This document shows, piece after piece, positions 52,646 to 61,600 of a stretch of 64,000 nt of DNA (within the stretch, counting starts at the first letter, position 1; every line of letters starts with the position of its first letter). Below the pieces are notes generated by a model. That model was not told where the DNA came from and did no database searches. It saw only the letters and a program-made list of their open reading frames with translations. A program made the translations under genes and the position numbers. Source of the stretch: a virus; UHGV virus genome UHGV-0225074. One strand, given 5' to 3'.

Positions 52646-53983
52646 TGTGATGGTAACACATGGTTATTATATGCGATCAAATCGCATTAAATCGTGTTTA
52701 ATGGTTGACAAACCATTAAAATGATGATCGTATCTTATGAGAAAAGGCTTGTTTTTGAGCATGATTTTATCTGAAGTGTCAAGTGTTTTTGTTATCGAAA
52801 ATTCCTATCAATGCCTTGCGTAGCAAGGCTTATGTGAGAATAGTTATCATTGCGGAAATGCTCAAAGTATGGCTGTGTGTTAAACACAATTCTCTCTCCT
52901 TGTCAAGCTTTTATTTATAAATTTACAAAATATTTATATTTGCGGAATGATTCTCATTTCGAAATTGAATTCGAAATCGAAATAATAATGATTCTCATTC
53001 GTCGTCTCATTCACAAAACAACCCTAAAACATGAATAATCACACATGAAACTATCACCACAGTAACAGTCACACCATGTAATGACCTGAAGCGGCTGGCC
53101 TATGCGTCACACTGGTAACATTGGGCATTATTAGCTTGCTATGTGTTGTTAGCTAGTGCGCATAACGTGTTTTATGTTAAATAGCGTAATTCATATAAAT
53201 ATAAGCTTGTCAATGACAAATCGTGCTCTAAGCTGGCAAACCATATGCTTGCTATCTGTAACATTTGATAATTATTAGTTTCGGCAAGTAACTATCATGC
53301 CTGAAGAGGCCCCGAGGGACCGGGGACCGGATCGACCTTGCCCATGATATTTTGTAAAGATCCGTAAAGATAGTTGACGCCCGGAGCTGTCCGTCTAGCA
53401 CCGCAGATGGTGAGAACACAATATTTTTACCCAAGGGCCAAGCCATGATATTTTTCGGCAAGTGATATTTTCGGCAGGGGGTCTGTTTTGATTTCTCCAC
53501 GGGGGGAAGGGGTGGTTATACGGGGAAAACAGGGGCCTGTTTACGCGATATGTTTATGGCATCGACACGTTACGGCAATATGTTTATGAAATTATGTTTT
53601 ATCAACATATCGGGGAGTCCCTTCAGATTGTGTGTTAACAGAATGTGCACCATTCCGAGCAGGGGTTGTGATTGTATCCTCCAGCTTCAGGAGACATGGC
53701 TCGTGTTGTGGCTTACATAAAGCATAACAGGGCTGACAGTTTACGTCAACCCTTTTTGTGTGGTAAGCCGCATAGCAGTCTCAACAATCGTCCTTCTTAG
53801 CCACTGGCCCAATAGATACGTACAACATCATCCCATAAGGGATAAGGATCAGGAACGCTGTAATCAGCATCCCCAGCAATAAGAAACCCACGTCGTCCAT
53901 AAAATTCTCCTCGTGTAATTGATAGAGGAAGTATAATAGACGAGCCTGTTTACGTCAAGGTAAATTGATGCGCCACTTTAGAT

Positions 53984-54010
53984 AAAAGAAAAGGAGCCTC
54001 TTCAGGCTCC
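53984..54010 (-). terminator. rho-independent terminator (minus strand) ending the minus block
   Basis: GGAGCC-loop-GGCTCC with T-run on the minus strand; the stop codon of the 54002-54505 gene lies in the loop. Confidence 0.55.
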
Positions 54011-54505
54011 CTTATTGTGTGCTTGTTGTGTGGTGAAACCACCTCGAATTTTCATAACCCCAGTTCTGCTGTACGCCTCTTTTGTGATCCATTCTTCCTT
54101 ACTGGTGTCGTACATATCCAAAATCCTGACGGCCTCTCCTTCTTCTTCACGAACATAGCCTTCCCAAAGGTCCATAGCTACACTGGCAGGAGACCTGTAT
54201 ACATTTAAGATTGTTGTCCAAAAGCTGGGGGATGTTGTGTCCCTGTATTGTTTCAAAATGATCACTGCTTCATGCTTATGCTCTTTGAACCATGTAGCCA
54301 TAATCTCTGCTAAATGAAATACATCTCCTCCGGTGTATTTGATACAGATATCGTGCAAATTACCTGGTAGAATAAAGACCTCGCAACCCTCTCTTTGCGC
54401 GTTCTCAGACCCCTCCGCTATCTTCTTGCAGTAGGCCTTGAGTCCGTCAATATCTTCGATCCACGGAAAGTGTTTAAGTTTTTTCAATTTTGGTGTTTTA
54501 TACAT
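54002..54505 (-). CDS. hypothetical protein
   Basis: 167-aa ORF. Confidence 0.5.
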   Translation of the reverse strand: MYKTPKLKKLKHFPWIEDIDGLKAYCKKIAEGSENAQREGCEVFILPGNLHDICIKYTGGDVFHLAEIMATWFKEHKHEAVIILKQYRDTTSPSFWTTILNVYRSPASVAMDLWEGYVREEEGEAVRILDMYDTSKEEWITKEAYSRTGVMKIRGGFTTQQAHNKGA

Positions 54506-54513
54506 TCTGTCTC

Positions 54514-54798
54514 CTACAGTCTCATCCAGGTCTGGTAGTCTGCTTCTGTGTAGTGGTCATCCCTTGCAACCTTTTGTGGTGGGGCAGGGTTCTTTGCAGC
54601 AGCTTCCATAATGCCTCGTGGGTCCGGATCTTCAATCAGGCCCTTGTGTTCGTCACAGGCGTAATGTTTGTACCAGTCACGTAGTCCCCACGGCGGTTGG
54701 TATTTCGTCATAAATGTGCAGCGCCTGCGGATGCCGATGGCTTTGCAGAATTTGCAGTAGGTTATAGGTTTGCACTTCTTCAGCGGGATATGTTTCAT
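54514..54798 (-). CDS. Cys-rich (zinc-finger-like) small protein
   Basis: CKPITYCKFC...C...C..C pattern. Confidence 0.45.
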   Translation of the reverse strand: MKHIPLKKCKPITYCKFCKAIGIRRRCTFMTKYQPPWGLRDWYKHYACDEHKGLIEDPDPRGIMEAAAKNPAPPQKVARDDHYTEADYQTWMRL

Positions 54799-55001
54799 TA
54801 ATAATAATCCTCAGGTCCACCCATATACCAGGAGTCTGGTGCATCACCCAGATCAGCCTCTCCCCAGTCACGGCTCTTTTTGCCTTTGGTCTGTTCCTTT
54901 CCAAAAAGAGCAGTCCCGTCAAGAAGGTGGCCCATAGCTTTCTCGCCCTTTTTGACGATCCTCCCACGGGCGTTCCATTCCTCAAATGTTCTGTAGGCCA
55001 T
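54798..55001 (-). CDS. hypothetical small protein
   Basis: Start refined to ATG 55001 (SD GGAG; the ORF track extends further to 55019). Confidence 0.4.
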   Translation of the reverse strand: MAYRTFEEWNARGRIVKKGEKAMGHLLDGTALFGKEQTKGKKSRDWGEADLGDAPDSWYMGGPEDYY

Positions 55002-55404
55002 AGAAGCACTCCGGGTCATAGATTACGATCTGGCTACGGAGGCTCTCAACCATCTCTTTGTTTGTGGCACTCTCGTAGTATTCTTCAAAAATATCTTCCA
55101 ATATGTCCTCATGTTCCTCATCCATCAGGAAAAGGTAGACATTATCTTCAGACCGAAGACGGGAGATGGCATAACGAAGGTTGTGTTTACCAAAATTTGC
55201 ACCCGGTTCAACAATGATGCCACCAACCTGGTAGCCGCAGATCCTGTTCCTGAGGTCCTCGCCGTCGTGATGGAAGTGTAGACTTTTCAGCGGGGTAAGC
55301 TCAAGGCATTCTTTAATGCTTTTTGAACCCTTTTTGTAAATAACCAACAAAGGTCCCCTCCTGTTTGCAATAATCCACTCATTTAAAACATGATAATTTG
55401 TCAT
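54982..55404 (-). CDS. hypothetical protein
   Basis: Start refined to ATG 55404 (SD GGAGA; the ORF track extends further to 55542). Confidence 0.45.
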   Translation of the reverse strand: MTNYHVLNEWIIANRRGPLLVIYKKGSKSIKECLELTPLKSLHFHHDGEDLRNRICGYQVGGIIVEPGANFGKHNLRYAISRLRSEDNVYLFLMDEEHEDILEDIFEEYYESATNKEMVESLRSQIVIYDPECFYGLQNI

Positions 55405-55621
55405 CGCAATTCTCCCCAAGAATAAACTCGATAGCGGCATTCCATCCCAGGCAATAAGCATCTGTTCCCCGGAGGATACTCCCCTTGTCATTGATTTCGT
55501 GCTTCTTAAGCATACAGTCTGTCCAACCTTTAAGTGCCTCATCTTTTGTACCGTAAACAGAACGGTTAAGATTTTGCCACCAGAAGTGGAATACTTTTGT
55601 GTAGGTGTTGAGGGTATTCAT
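55379..55621 (-). CDS. hypothetical protein
   Basis: 80-aa ORF. Confidence 0.45.
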   Translation of the reverse strand: MNTLNTYTKVFHFWWQNLNRSVYGTKDEALKGWTDCMLKKHEINDKGSILRGTDAYCLGWNAAIEFILGENCDDKLSCFK

Positions 55622-55854
55622 TTCATAACCTTCGGGTTCTCAGTGTAAAATTTTCTGACTTCCTGCAGTTTCGCGATGAACTCATCAAGGTCATCAAGTT
55701 CGATCATGATGGTATCGTCATCATCACCGTTTGCGTGTAATGGTTGAGTCAGAGTTATTCCGCGAAGACGAGGGTATTTTGCGCCTGTCGCACAGATGGT
55801 TATATCCCCAACCATGCCCTCTAGTGCGGGGATTGGGTCATCAGTTAGCTTCAT
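55618..55854 (-). CDS. hypothetical protein
   Basis: 78-aa ORF, ATGA coupling. Confidence 0.45.
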   Translation of the reverse strand: MKLTDDPIPALEGMVGDITICATGAKYPRLRGITLTQPLHANGDDDDTIMIELDDLDEFIAKLQEVRKFYTENPKVMK

Positions 55855-56087
55855 ACTGTGTACTCCACAAAAACTTCAGTTGGCCTTACCTTTTTGGTGG
55901 AATAAAACATCTCTATTACCCCTGTGTTCAGGTTTAATGCTGGAATTTTAGGGTCTGGGCGATCCATGCCCCATGAAGGACAATCCGCTCTGATAAATAA
56001 ACACTTGTCGTGTAGGAACCCCTCACCAGGACGAATCTCCCACACCTCAACATCCTCTTTAATCCTTTCTTTTATCTTTACCTTCAT
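55851..56087 (-). CDS. hypothetical protein
   Basis: 78-aa ORF, ATGA coupling. Confidence 0.45.
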   Translation of the reverse strand: MKVKIKERIKEDVEVWEIRPGEGFLHDKCLFIRADCPSWGMDRPDPKIPALNLNTGVIEMFYSTKKVRPTEVFVEYTV

Positions 56088-56305
56088 TTCATAACTCCCG
56101 GAGTTGGTATTAATTTAGAAACATCCTTTCCGCAGCTATCGCAAACAAACCTTTTCCCACCAGATACGATCTTATTATCGGATTGCCCATATGGTAAACC
56201 CGTGAAGTCTACACTAAGAGTATATCTCTCTGTGATAACAGTGCTGGCAGAGTAGCCTCCACAGTGTGGGCAGGTTTCTGTTCCCATCTTATCAATATCT
56301 TTCAT
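56084..56305 (-). CDS. zinc-ribbon small protein
   Basis: CPHCGG...CDSCGK; start refined to ATG 56305 (the ORF track TTG at 56350). Confidence 0.45.
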   Translation of the reverse strand: MKDIDKMGTETCPHCGGYSASTVITERYTLSVDFTGLPYGQSDNKIVSGGKRFVCDSCGKDVSKLIPTPGVMK

Positions 56306-56639
56306 TTGAGCACTCACACCAAGGAAAGACTTCTTTGAGTTTTGAAGCAATAACCCGCTCCATGTAGTCTGTGCAACGCCAGAAGTGCTTCACAATATCA
56401 GATCCCTCAAGGGAAGAGTTATCCTCTGCGTGGTAGACGAGCGAACTCCATAGAAGACTATTCATCCATTTGTCGTACAAGCTGATTGTGAGGAGTAAAT
56501 CTTTCGGGAATTTCTCCACAACCTCGTCATCATCTGTTGCCACAAGATACCAGTTACGACCATCCTTAGATACTCGAATAACCTCCGGCTTTTGGTATTC
56601 CCCATACACACGGATGTAGCGTACTTCGTTGAACGTCAT
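56292..56639 (-). CDS. hypothetical protein
   Basis: 115-aa ORF. Confidence 0.45.
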   Translation of the reverse strand: MTFNEVRYIRVYGEYQKPEVIRVSKDGRNWYLVATDDDEVVEKFPKDLLLTISLYDKWMNSLLWSSLVYHAEDNSSLEGSDIVKHFWRCTDYMERVIASKLKEVFPWCECSNERY

Positions 56640-56800
56640 GCAATGATCTCCCTAAAAAGGATTAACGAAAGTGTTCCAACAAAGAACCAGTTAAATACAG
56701 CAACCACTGCTGAATACTTGTTACCCTCCAACAAAGCCTTCTTACTGTGGGATACACCCACGAAGAAATTCAGCAACAACGCAAAAATAGTAAAAAACAT
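56636..56800 (-). CDS. small membrane protein (54 aa, not in ORF track)
   Basis: SD AGGAG before ATG 56800; hydrophobic; ATGA overlap with downstream gene. Confidence 0.4.
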   Translation of the reverse strand: MFFTIFALLLNFFVGVSHSKKALLEGNKYSAVVAVFNWFFVGTLSLILFREIIA

Positions 56801-56809
56801 ATCTTTCTC

Positions 56810-57055
56810 CTACCAAATAAGAACGTAATTGTACTTCAAGCATCTCTTCATACCATAAAGGTCGGCCTGAATACACATGATGACCAACTCACGATCGAAA
56901 GATGTCATGCCGTCTTCATGGCAACTCTTTACGTAGTTTTCGATCCAAACTTCATCTGTTAACAGCGCCTCTGTGGTAGCAATTTCTTGCTTTATCCATT
57001 CACACTCTTCAGGTGTTATTGGGGTCCCCATCCGTGCATCCGTAAAGATATTCAT
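56810..57055 (-). CDS. hypothetical protein
   Basis: Start refined to ATG 57055 (SD GGAGATG; the ORF track extends further to 57088). Confidence 0.45.
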   Translation of the reverse strand: MNIFTDARMGTPITPEECEWIKQEIATTEALLTDEVWIENYVKSCHEDGMTSFDRELVIMCIQADLYGMKRCLKYNYVLIW

Positions 57056-57234
57056 GGTGTCATCTCCAACCAGACATTGAACATCCATGCTGAAAGAAAT
57101 GCATGGGCAATCATCATGAGGCCAGGGAAAACAAACGGGTCTTCTTTTTTACGAAGCAGGAGTGTTAATCCCTGCAACCCACAGCAAACCGTGTTCAAAA
57201 TGAACAAGAAAAACGTAAATACTAAGACAAACAT
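57052..57234 (-). CDS. small membrane protein
   Basis: Start refined to ATG 57234 (SD GGGAG; the ORF track TTG at 57285). Confidence 0.4.
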   Translation of the reverse strand: MFVLVFTFFLFILNTVCCGLQGLTLLLRKKEDPFVFPGLMMIAHAFLSAWMFNVWLEMTP

Positions 57235-57238
57235 ATCA

Positions 57239-57394
57239 TTACTCCCAAAGACCAAAGTGATTAAGTACCGCGATGATGAGAACAATGGCTACGACTTTCA
57301 AGATAAAAGGCAGACATCCGAGGTTCTCATAAACACCGCTTCTTTCCGCATTGAAGTGATCGCGGACGATCGCCCTCATTATCCAGAAATTCAT
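57239..57394 (-). CDS. small membrane protein (51 aa, not in ORF track)
   Basis: SD GAGGAGG before ATG 57394; hydrophobic VVAIVLIIAVL. Confidence 0.4.
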   Translation of the reverse strand: MNFWIMRAIVRDHFNAERSGVYENLGCLPFILKVVAIVLIIAVLNHFGLWE

Positions 57395-57446
57395 AGCTCC
57401 TCCTCTTGATTAGATACCCTGAGGATATATTACTATCCATGAGGTG

Positions 57447-57689
57447 TCAAGGCTCTTTTCCAAAAAGAATACGATCATGACCAACAATAGCCTTCGTCTT
57501 TTCCTTCAGAGCGAACCGCTTTGTCCAGTCAGCCATGTCCTGAATGTACCAACAAGCCTCTGCCGCTGCACGAATATTCGCTACATATTCGAGTGCGCCC
57601 TGATACCCACGAGAAACACCCTCCGCCCACCGGATACCGCCCCTTTTTGCTTCCAGATGCCCTAATGCCTTCTTAACATTTTCCATCAT
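57447..57689 (-). CDS. hypothetical protein
   Basis: Start refined to ATG 57689 (SD GGAGG; the ORF track extends further to 57764). Confidence 0.45.
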   Translation of the reverse strand: MMENVKKALGHLEAKRGGIRWAEGVSRGYQGALEYVANIRAAAEACWYIQDMADWTKRFALKEKTKAIVGHDRILFGKEP

Positions 57690-57987
57690 CAACCTCCAGG
57701 AGATATTTTTGCCGACGGCGCATACTAACATCATGGAGTTTACGACTGCCAAGGAGATTTGCAATCTTCCAAGATTTTACTTCAGAAAATTCCTTTTTTA
57801 CAACACCTTGAAGATGCCCGTTTATTTTTCTACGGGTCTCCACTGCACGTTTATAACCTTTAGTCTTGAACAGACTACACCAGGTCCCTCTGGTATTTGC
57901 ATCGATGCTGAAACTTCTCATCACTAACTGGAAGATACGCTGGCGGTGGCCCGTGCATGTCTCATCGAGGACATAATAATTTTTCAC
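57673..57987 (-). CDS. hypothetical basic protein
   Basis: 104-aa ORF. Confidence 0.45.
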   Translation of the reverse strand: MKNYYVLDETCTGHRQRIFQLVMRSFSIDANTRGTWCSLFKTKGYKRAVETRRKINGHLQGVVKKEFSEVKSWKIANLLGSRKLHDVSMRRRQKYLLEVDDGKC

Positions 57988-58081
57988 AAGAACTCCTTCA
58001 CAAAAAGATCGACGGCAAAATCCAGGCCCCGGCGTAGCGGGGGTACTGGATTTGGACGGCGCGGCGCTTCGCGCCCATATG

Positions 58082-58240
58082 TTAACGCCATTCCAGCTTC
58101 ACGCAACCGTAGCCTTCACCCTTGCATTTTACCATCTGCCGAAGGGCCTCGTCAAAGCTTTCTCCCTGCCAGAATACGTAATATTTATACTCACCCTCGT
58201 GGGCGTTTGTCCAGTATTGGACAGTAAAAGTGCTTCCCAT
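58082..58240 (-). CDS. hypothetical small protein (52 aa, not in ORF track)
   Basis: SD AGGAG (TTAGGAGACTAA-ATG) at 58240. Confidence 0.4.
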   Translation of the reverse strand: MGSTFTVQYWTNAHEGEYKYYVFWQGESFDEALRQMVKCKGEGYGCVKLEWR

Positions 58241-58421
58241 TTAGTCTCCTAATGATTTTCTAATAGCCGCCAAAAACGATCCAGGAAAAGGTTAGCCCAG
58301 AATGCGAATGCTATTCCAAACAACAACATCCCCAAGAATTCGCGAAATTCTGTTGTCAGTACCAAGCCAGTCCCCATGATAATGGTCATGATAACACATC
58401 CCAAGGTTTTCCAGATTTCAA

Positions 58422-58664
58422 TCATAAAGCACCATCCCAGATCTCAAAAGATTCACTACCAAGCCGGGGGAGGTCATGCTCATGAATTGGACAACAACGA
58501 AATCCTTCCAGCAGGCACATTTTGTATAAATTGTAAACAAGATATAAACTGCCTTCCTTGGACATGAAGATGTAAATGCCCTGTAACCACTTCGGGTCTC
58601 TGAAGTAAATTCCATTACTCCGAGATTTCTTCAGAGCAGACTTTATCAAAACCAAATCATCGTA
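58422..58664 (-). CDS. hypothetical protein
   Basis: Start refined to ATG near 58664 (SD GAGGA; the ORF track extends further to 58826). Confidence 0.4.
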   Translation of the reverse strand, partial: YDDLVLIKSALKKSRSNGIYFRDPKWLQGIYIFMSKEGSLYLVYNLYKMCLLEGFRCCPIHEHDLPRLGSESFEIWDGAL

Positions 58665-58683
58665 AATCATATTTTTATCCTCA

Positions 58684-58932
58684 TTAAGGCTTGGAAGGAG
58701 GGGCTGGTGGTGGACCTGGTCGCACCATTTTAGCAGAGACTGCGGAGATAATCTCTTCCCGTGTTGGATAGTAAATGCACTCATCCTCTTTTTCCTGGAC
58801 GTGCTCTGCAATCTTTGCCATTGCACTTTCTTTCGTCAAAGAGGAATTCCAAATGGTTAGCCACAGGAATCCAAAGAATTTTTCCTGCACCCACCAACGT
58901 CCACTTTGACATTTTAGCCTAAATTTATTCAT
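58684..58932 (-). CDS. hypothetical protein
   Basis: 82-aa ORF, Pro-rich C-terminus. Confidence 0.45.
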   Translation of the reverse strand: MNKFRLKCQSGRWWVQEKFFGFLWLTIWNSSLTKESAMAKIAEHVQEKEDECIYYPTREEIISAVSAKMVRPGPPPAPPSKP

Positions 58933-59308
58933 CTTTTACCCTCCGAGCACTGTCCGGCAATGGACCGCCGTTTCTCCAGATCGTACAGGCAGCATACCCA
59001 GGTAGATCAGACCTCGATAAAAGGCACGGCACGTTGGTTGGCTCTACGTACCTTTTTCCTCTCGGAGATACAAAATACATCCATTGACCTGTTTCCTTAA
59101 CCCCGATGTCTGCCCAAGTCACTGACCATTTTGATGTCGCATACAAAGACAACTGCCTGTTTCTAAACAGCTTGAAATAAAGACTTCTAAAAAACTCAAT
59201 CATAAGAGATACCCTTAACATAACGCCAAGTTTTACGGTAATAGGCCAGCCACTTGGCAAGTTCTTCTTCACTGATACCAGATTTGCACAAATACCAGCC
59301 GTTGTCAA
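58925..59308 (-). CDS. hypothetical protein
   Basis: 127-aa ORF. Confidence 0.45.
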   Translation of the reverse strand: MTTAGICANLVSVKKNLPSGWPITVKLGVMLRVSLMIEFFRSLYFKLFRNRQLSLYATSKWSVTWADIGVKETGQWMYFVSPRGKRYVEPTNVPCLLSRSDLPGYAACTIWRNGGPLPDSARRVKDE

Positions 59309-59338
59309 CGCTCACCCGCCCATAGATGCAGAATTTTT

Positions 59339-59542
59339 TCATGCGCCCCTCTTCATTATGAAATCGCCAACATACAAAAGCTCATCGATAGCCACTGTCA
59401 TCGCTGCCCGATTTAATGAGCCTCTCTCAAACTGGTCTCTCTTTTTCTGGTTGTTGGTGACAGCTTTGACAATATACTCAAGGATTTCTCCTCTTTCTTG
59501 TAGCCTCCCCATCTCAATCAGATCCTTCTCATATCTCCCCAT
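59339..59542 (-). CDS. hypothetical protein
   Basis: SD AAAGGAG; first gene of the minus block, leaving the divergent promoter region. Confidence 0.5.
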   Translation of the reverse strand: MGRYEKDLIEMGRLQERGEILEYIVKAVTNNQKKRDQFERGSLNRAAMTVAIDELLYVGDFIMKRGA

Positions 59543-59634
59543 GATTTCTCCTTTGAAGTTGTTTTTGTATATACTACACTATGCCTGTACATGACGTCAA
59601 GATACTTAATTAGAAAAAAAAAACTCAAAAAGAC

Positions 59635-59663
59635 TTGCACATAAAAATGTGGCCGTTTATAGT
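59635..59663 (+). promoter_or_regulatory. sigma70-like promoter for the plus-strand island
   Basis: TTGCAC, 17 nt, TATAGT, 55 nt upstream of ATG 59719; a divergent TTGACG...TAGTAT candidate on the minus strand at 59565-59600. Confidence 0.5.
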
Positions 59664-59718
59664 GTGTCTGTCGAAACGAAACGACCTAAAAATAACTTCC
59701 ATATAGGAGAAATTAAAC

Positions 59719-60606
59719 ATGGCATCTGAAATTACTAAAGCTCAAAAACAAACTTTCTCCGCAACTCATGTTCGCGGTGTCCTGGGTAAATATCCCCGCC
59801 ACAAACTGTGCAAAGATCTTATTGGTACGCAGGTAGGTGCCTTCACTGTCCGCCATTTTTACCGTCATCTGAATGGAAAGACATTGTGGTGGTGTCAGAA
59901 TAACAACAATAGCAATGAGTATATCATTCGGTCTACTAATAGCATCCATAACTCACTCAACTATCGGCGTAAATCGGCGATTACAAAAGATTCGGCTGTA
60001 TTACCACCTGAGCGAACAAATGTTGTCGGTGGGGAATGCGTAATGATCAGCCCTGACGATTCAGGTGTCATCTACGATAACAAGCTGTATCTTCCGGCGG
60101 CTTGGCTATTACGTAACGATACCTCGGGGACCTACGCCCGTCTTTATAACCGAGTAAGTGGAAAGGCCCGTTCTAAAATGCGTCGTATGGACTCCTTTGG
60201 TTGTGTTAAGTCACATCCACACCGGAAATACCGTATGCTTACGACGGAGGATATCAAAGAGGCTATCGACGGTATGGGTGGGGAGGAAGAAACCATTCGT
60301 CGTATCGAAGCATTAGAGAGTAAATTCCTTAACAAAGTACCAAAACAGGAAAGTAAGGTCAAGATTGAGGAGAATACGGTCCAAATCACTGTCGATCTCA
60401 TGGAGGTAGCGAAGGAACGTGTGCAGAATTTCTTCGAGGGACGAGAAGCCCCAGCGGAGGTAAAACAACAAATGTATAATGACCTTGTAGAGAAGATTCT
60501 TAATGACCAACAAACAATCAAGGTAATTTCTGTAGATATCGGGTCTATCGACAGAGCATTTACAACAGAATTTCAGCTGGAAAGCTTGCTAAAACAACTA
60601 AAGTAA
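59719..60606 (+). CDS. hypothetical protein
   Basis: SD TAGGAGA; 295 aa. Confidence 0.55.
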   Translation: MASEITKAQKQTFSATHVRGVLGKYPRHKLCKDLIGTQVGAFTVRHFYRHLNGKTLWWCQNNNNSNEYIIRSTNSIHNSLNYRRKSAITKDSAVLPPERTNVVGGECVMISPDDSGVIYDNKLYLPAAWLLRNDTSGTYARLYNRVSGKARSKMRRMDSFGCVKSHPHRKYRMLTTEDIKEAIDGMGGEEETIRRIEALESKFLNKVPKQESKVKIEENTVQITVDLMEVAKERVQNFFEGREAPAEVKQQMYNDLVEKILNDQQTIKVISVDIGSIDRAFTTEFQLESLLKQLK

Positions 60607-60616
60607 GATAGTATTT

Positions 60617-60647
60617 AAGGCGTACCGATGGGTACGCCTTTTATTTT
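60617..60647 (+). terminator. rho-independent terminator
   Basis: AAGGCGTACC-GATG-GGTACGCCTT then TTATTTT. Confidence 0.55.
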
Positions 60648-60657
60648 GGAGAAAATA

Positions 60658-60897
60658 ATGACCGAGAAAGTTGAAGAACAATTCAAGTATAAGTTCAATG
60701 AAATCGTCCTCATCGATGGTCAATACGAGGCAACCATTCGAGATATCTATACCAGGACTGTCCGTAAGGACGAGGATACCGTTGAGGTCTATGTGTCTTA
60801 TCGTCTTCACGAGAAAGATTGGTGGTATGAGGAGATTCTCCCACACCGTGTACAAAAGTTGAATGGCGAACTTAACTTTGGAGATAAAAAATGCTGA
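60658..60897 (+). CDS. hypothetical protein
   Basis: Start at ATG 60658 (SD GGAGA). Confidence 0.45.
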   Translation: MTEKVEEQFKYKFNEIVLIDGQYEATIRDIYTRTVRKDEDTVEVYVSYRLHEKDWWYEEILPHRVQKLNGELNFGDKKC

Positions 60898-61187
60898 AAC
60901 TAGAAGATAGTGGTATGCCTGATCGTAACGAGCCGGACCATAAGGTTTGTGTTGATTCCATCTGCCTGCTGTATGGGTTCTCGGAGGATAATATCCTTAA
61001 CGGTAAACGTTGCCTTGTGCTGGAGAAGACCGTCCTCGGTGTAAATGGATATTATCCTCGTAACGAATCTTGGTTTCTTTGCCACGTTGATGGACTTCCA
61101 TATCTACATGATATCCGAGCTGATCACTTGATGCACCTGGATGATTCAGATCATCTCGTGATAGAAAAGCTATCCAAAGGTCAATAA
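60891..61187 (+). CDS. hypothetical protein
   Basis: SD GGAGA; 98 aa. Confidence 0.45.
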   Translation: MLKLEDSGMPDRNEPDHKVCVDSICLLYGFSEDNILNGKRCLVLEKTVLGVNGYYPRNESWFLCHVDGLPYLHDIRADHLMHLDDSDHLVIEKLSKGQ

Positions 61188-61214
61188 AAAACCCGGCGCT
61201 TGCCGGGTTTTTTC
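61186..61214. terminator. bidirectional rho-independent terminator
   Basis: AAAAAA-CCCGGC-GCTT-GCCGGG-TTTTTTC between convergent genes. Confidence 0.6.
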
Positions 61215-61588
61215 TATACATCTTTCAACCATTCATTCCTTTCGGTATAGATCATACGGTTTTTCTTCTTCCTGTTGAGGGTCGCAGGTATCACTTGGAT
61301 ATTATCACCACAGTTAAGGCCGGACACTTTAGTTGCCCTGAGCGGAAGCATGTGGTCTGGTTCCCACTTTATTCCAGTATCTTCACAGCGAACAGAACAC
61401 AGGTGATCAGCCTCATCCCTGACAAACTCATCCCACTCACTATGGAGGGTGGCACGTTTCTCTGCTTCAATACGAGCAAGACGGATACGAAGTTGTTCTG
61501 CCTTACCTTCCGGTGTGGAACGCCGCTGACGATCAATCTCACGACGACGGGCGGCATACTGACGATAATACTCCTGACGATCTCTCAT
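61214..61588 (-). CDS. HNH endonuclease
   Basis: SD GAGGAG; motif EPDHMLPL...NCGDNIQVIPATLNRKKKNR (HNH core). Confidence 0.6.
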   Translation of the reverse strand: MRDRQEYYRQYAARRREIDRQRRSTPEGKAEQLRIRLARIEAEKRATLHSEWDEFVRDEADHLCSVRCEDTGIKWEPDHMLPLRATKVSGLNCGDNIQVIPATLNRKKKNRMIYTERNEWLKDV

Positions 61589-61600
61589 AAGAATCTCCTC

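Noticed and set aside
53252-53500. 82-aa minus-strand ORF in the large non-coding region
   Set aside because: No RBS; it overlaps the short direct repeats; low-complexity translation.
58241-58435. Possible small minus-strand membrane-protein gene
   Set aside because: My hand translation could not be made frame-consistent, and the ORF track has no matching ≥60-aa frame, so I left it uncalled.
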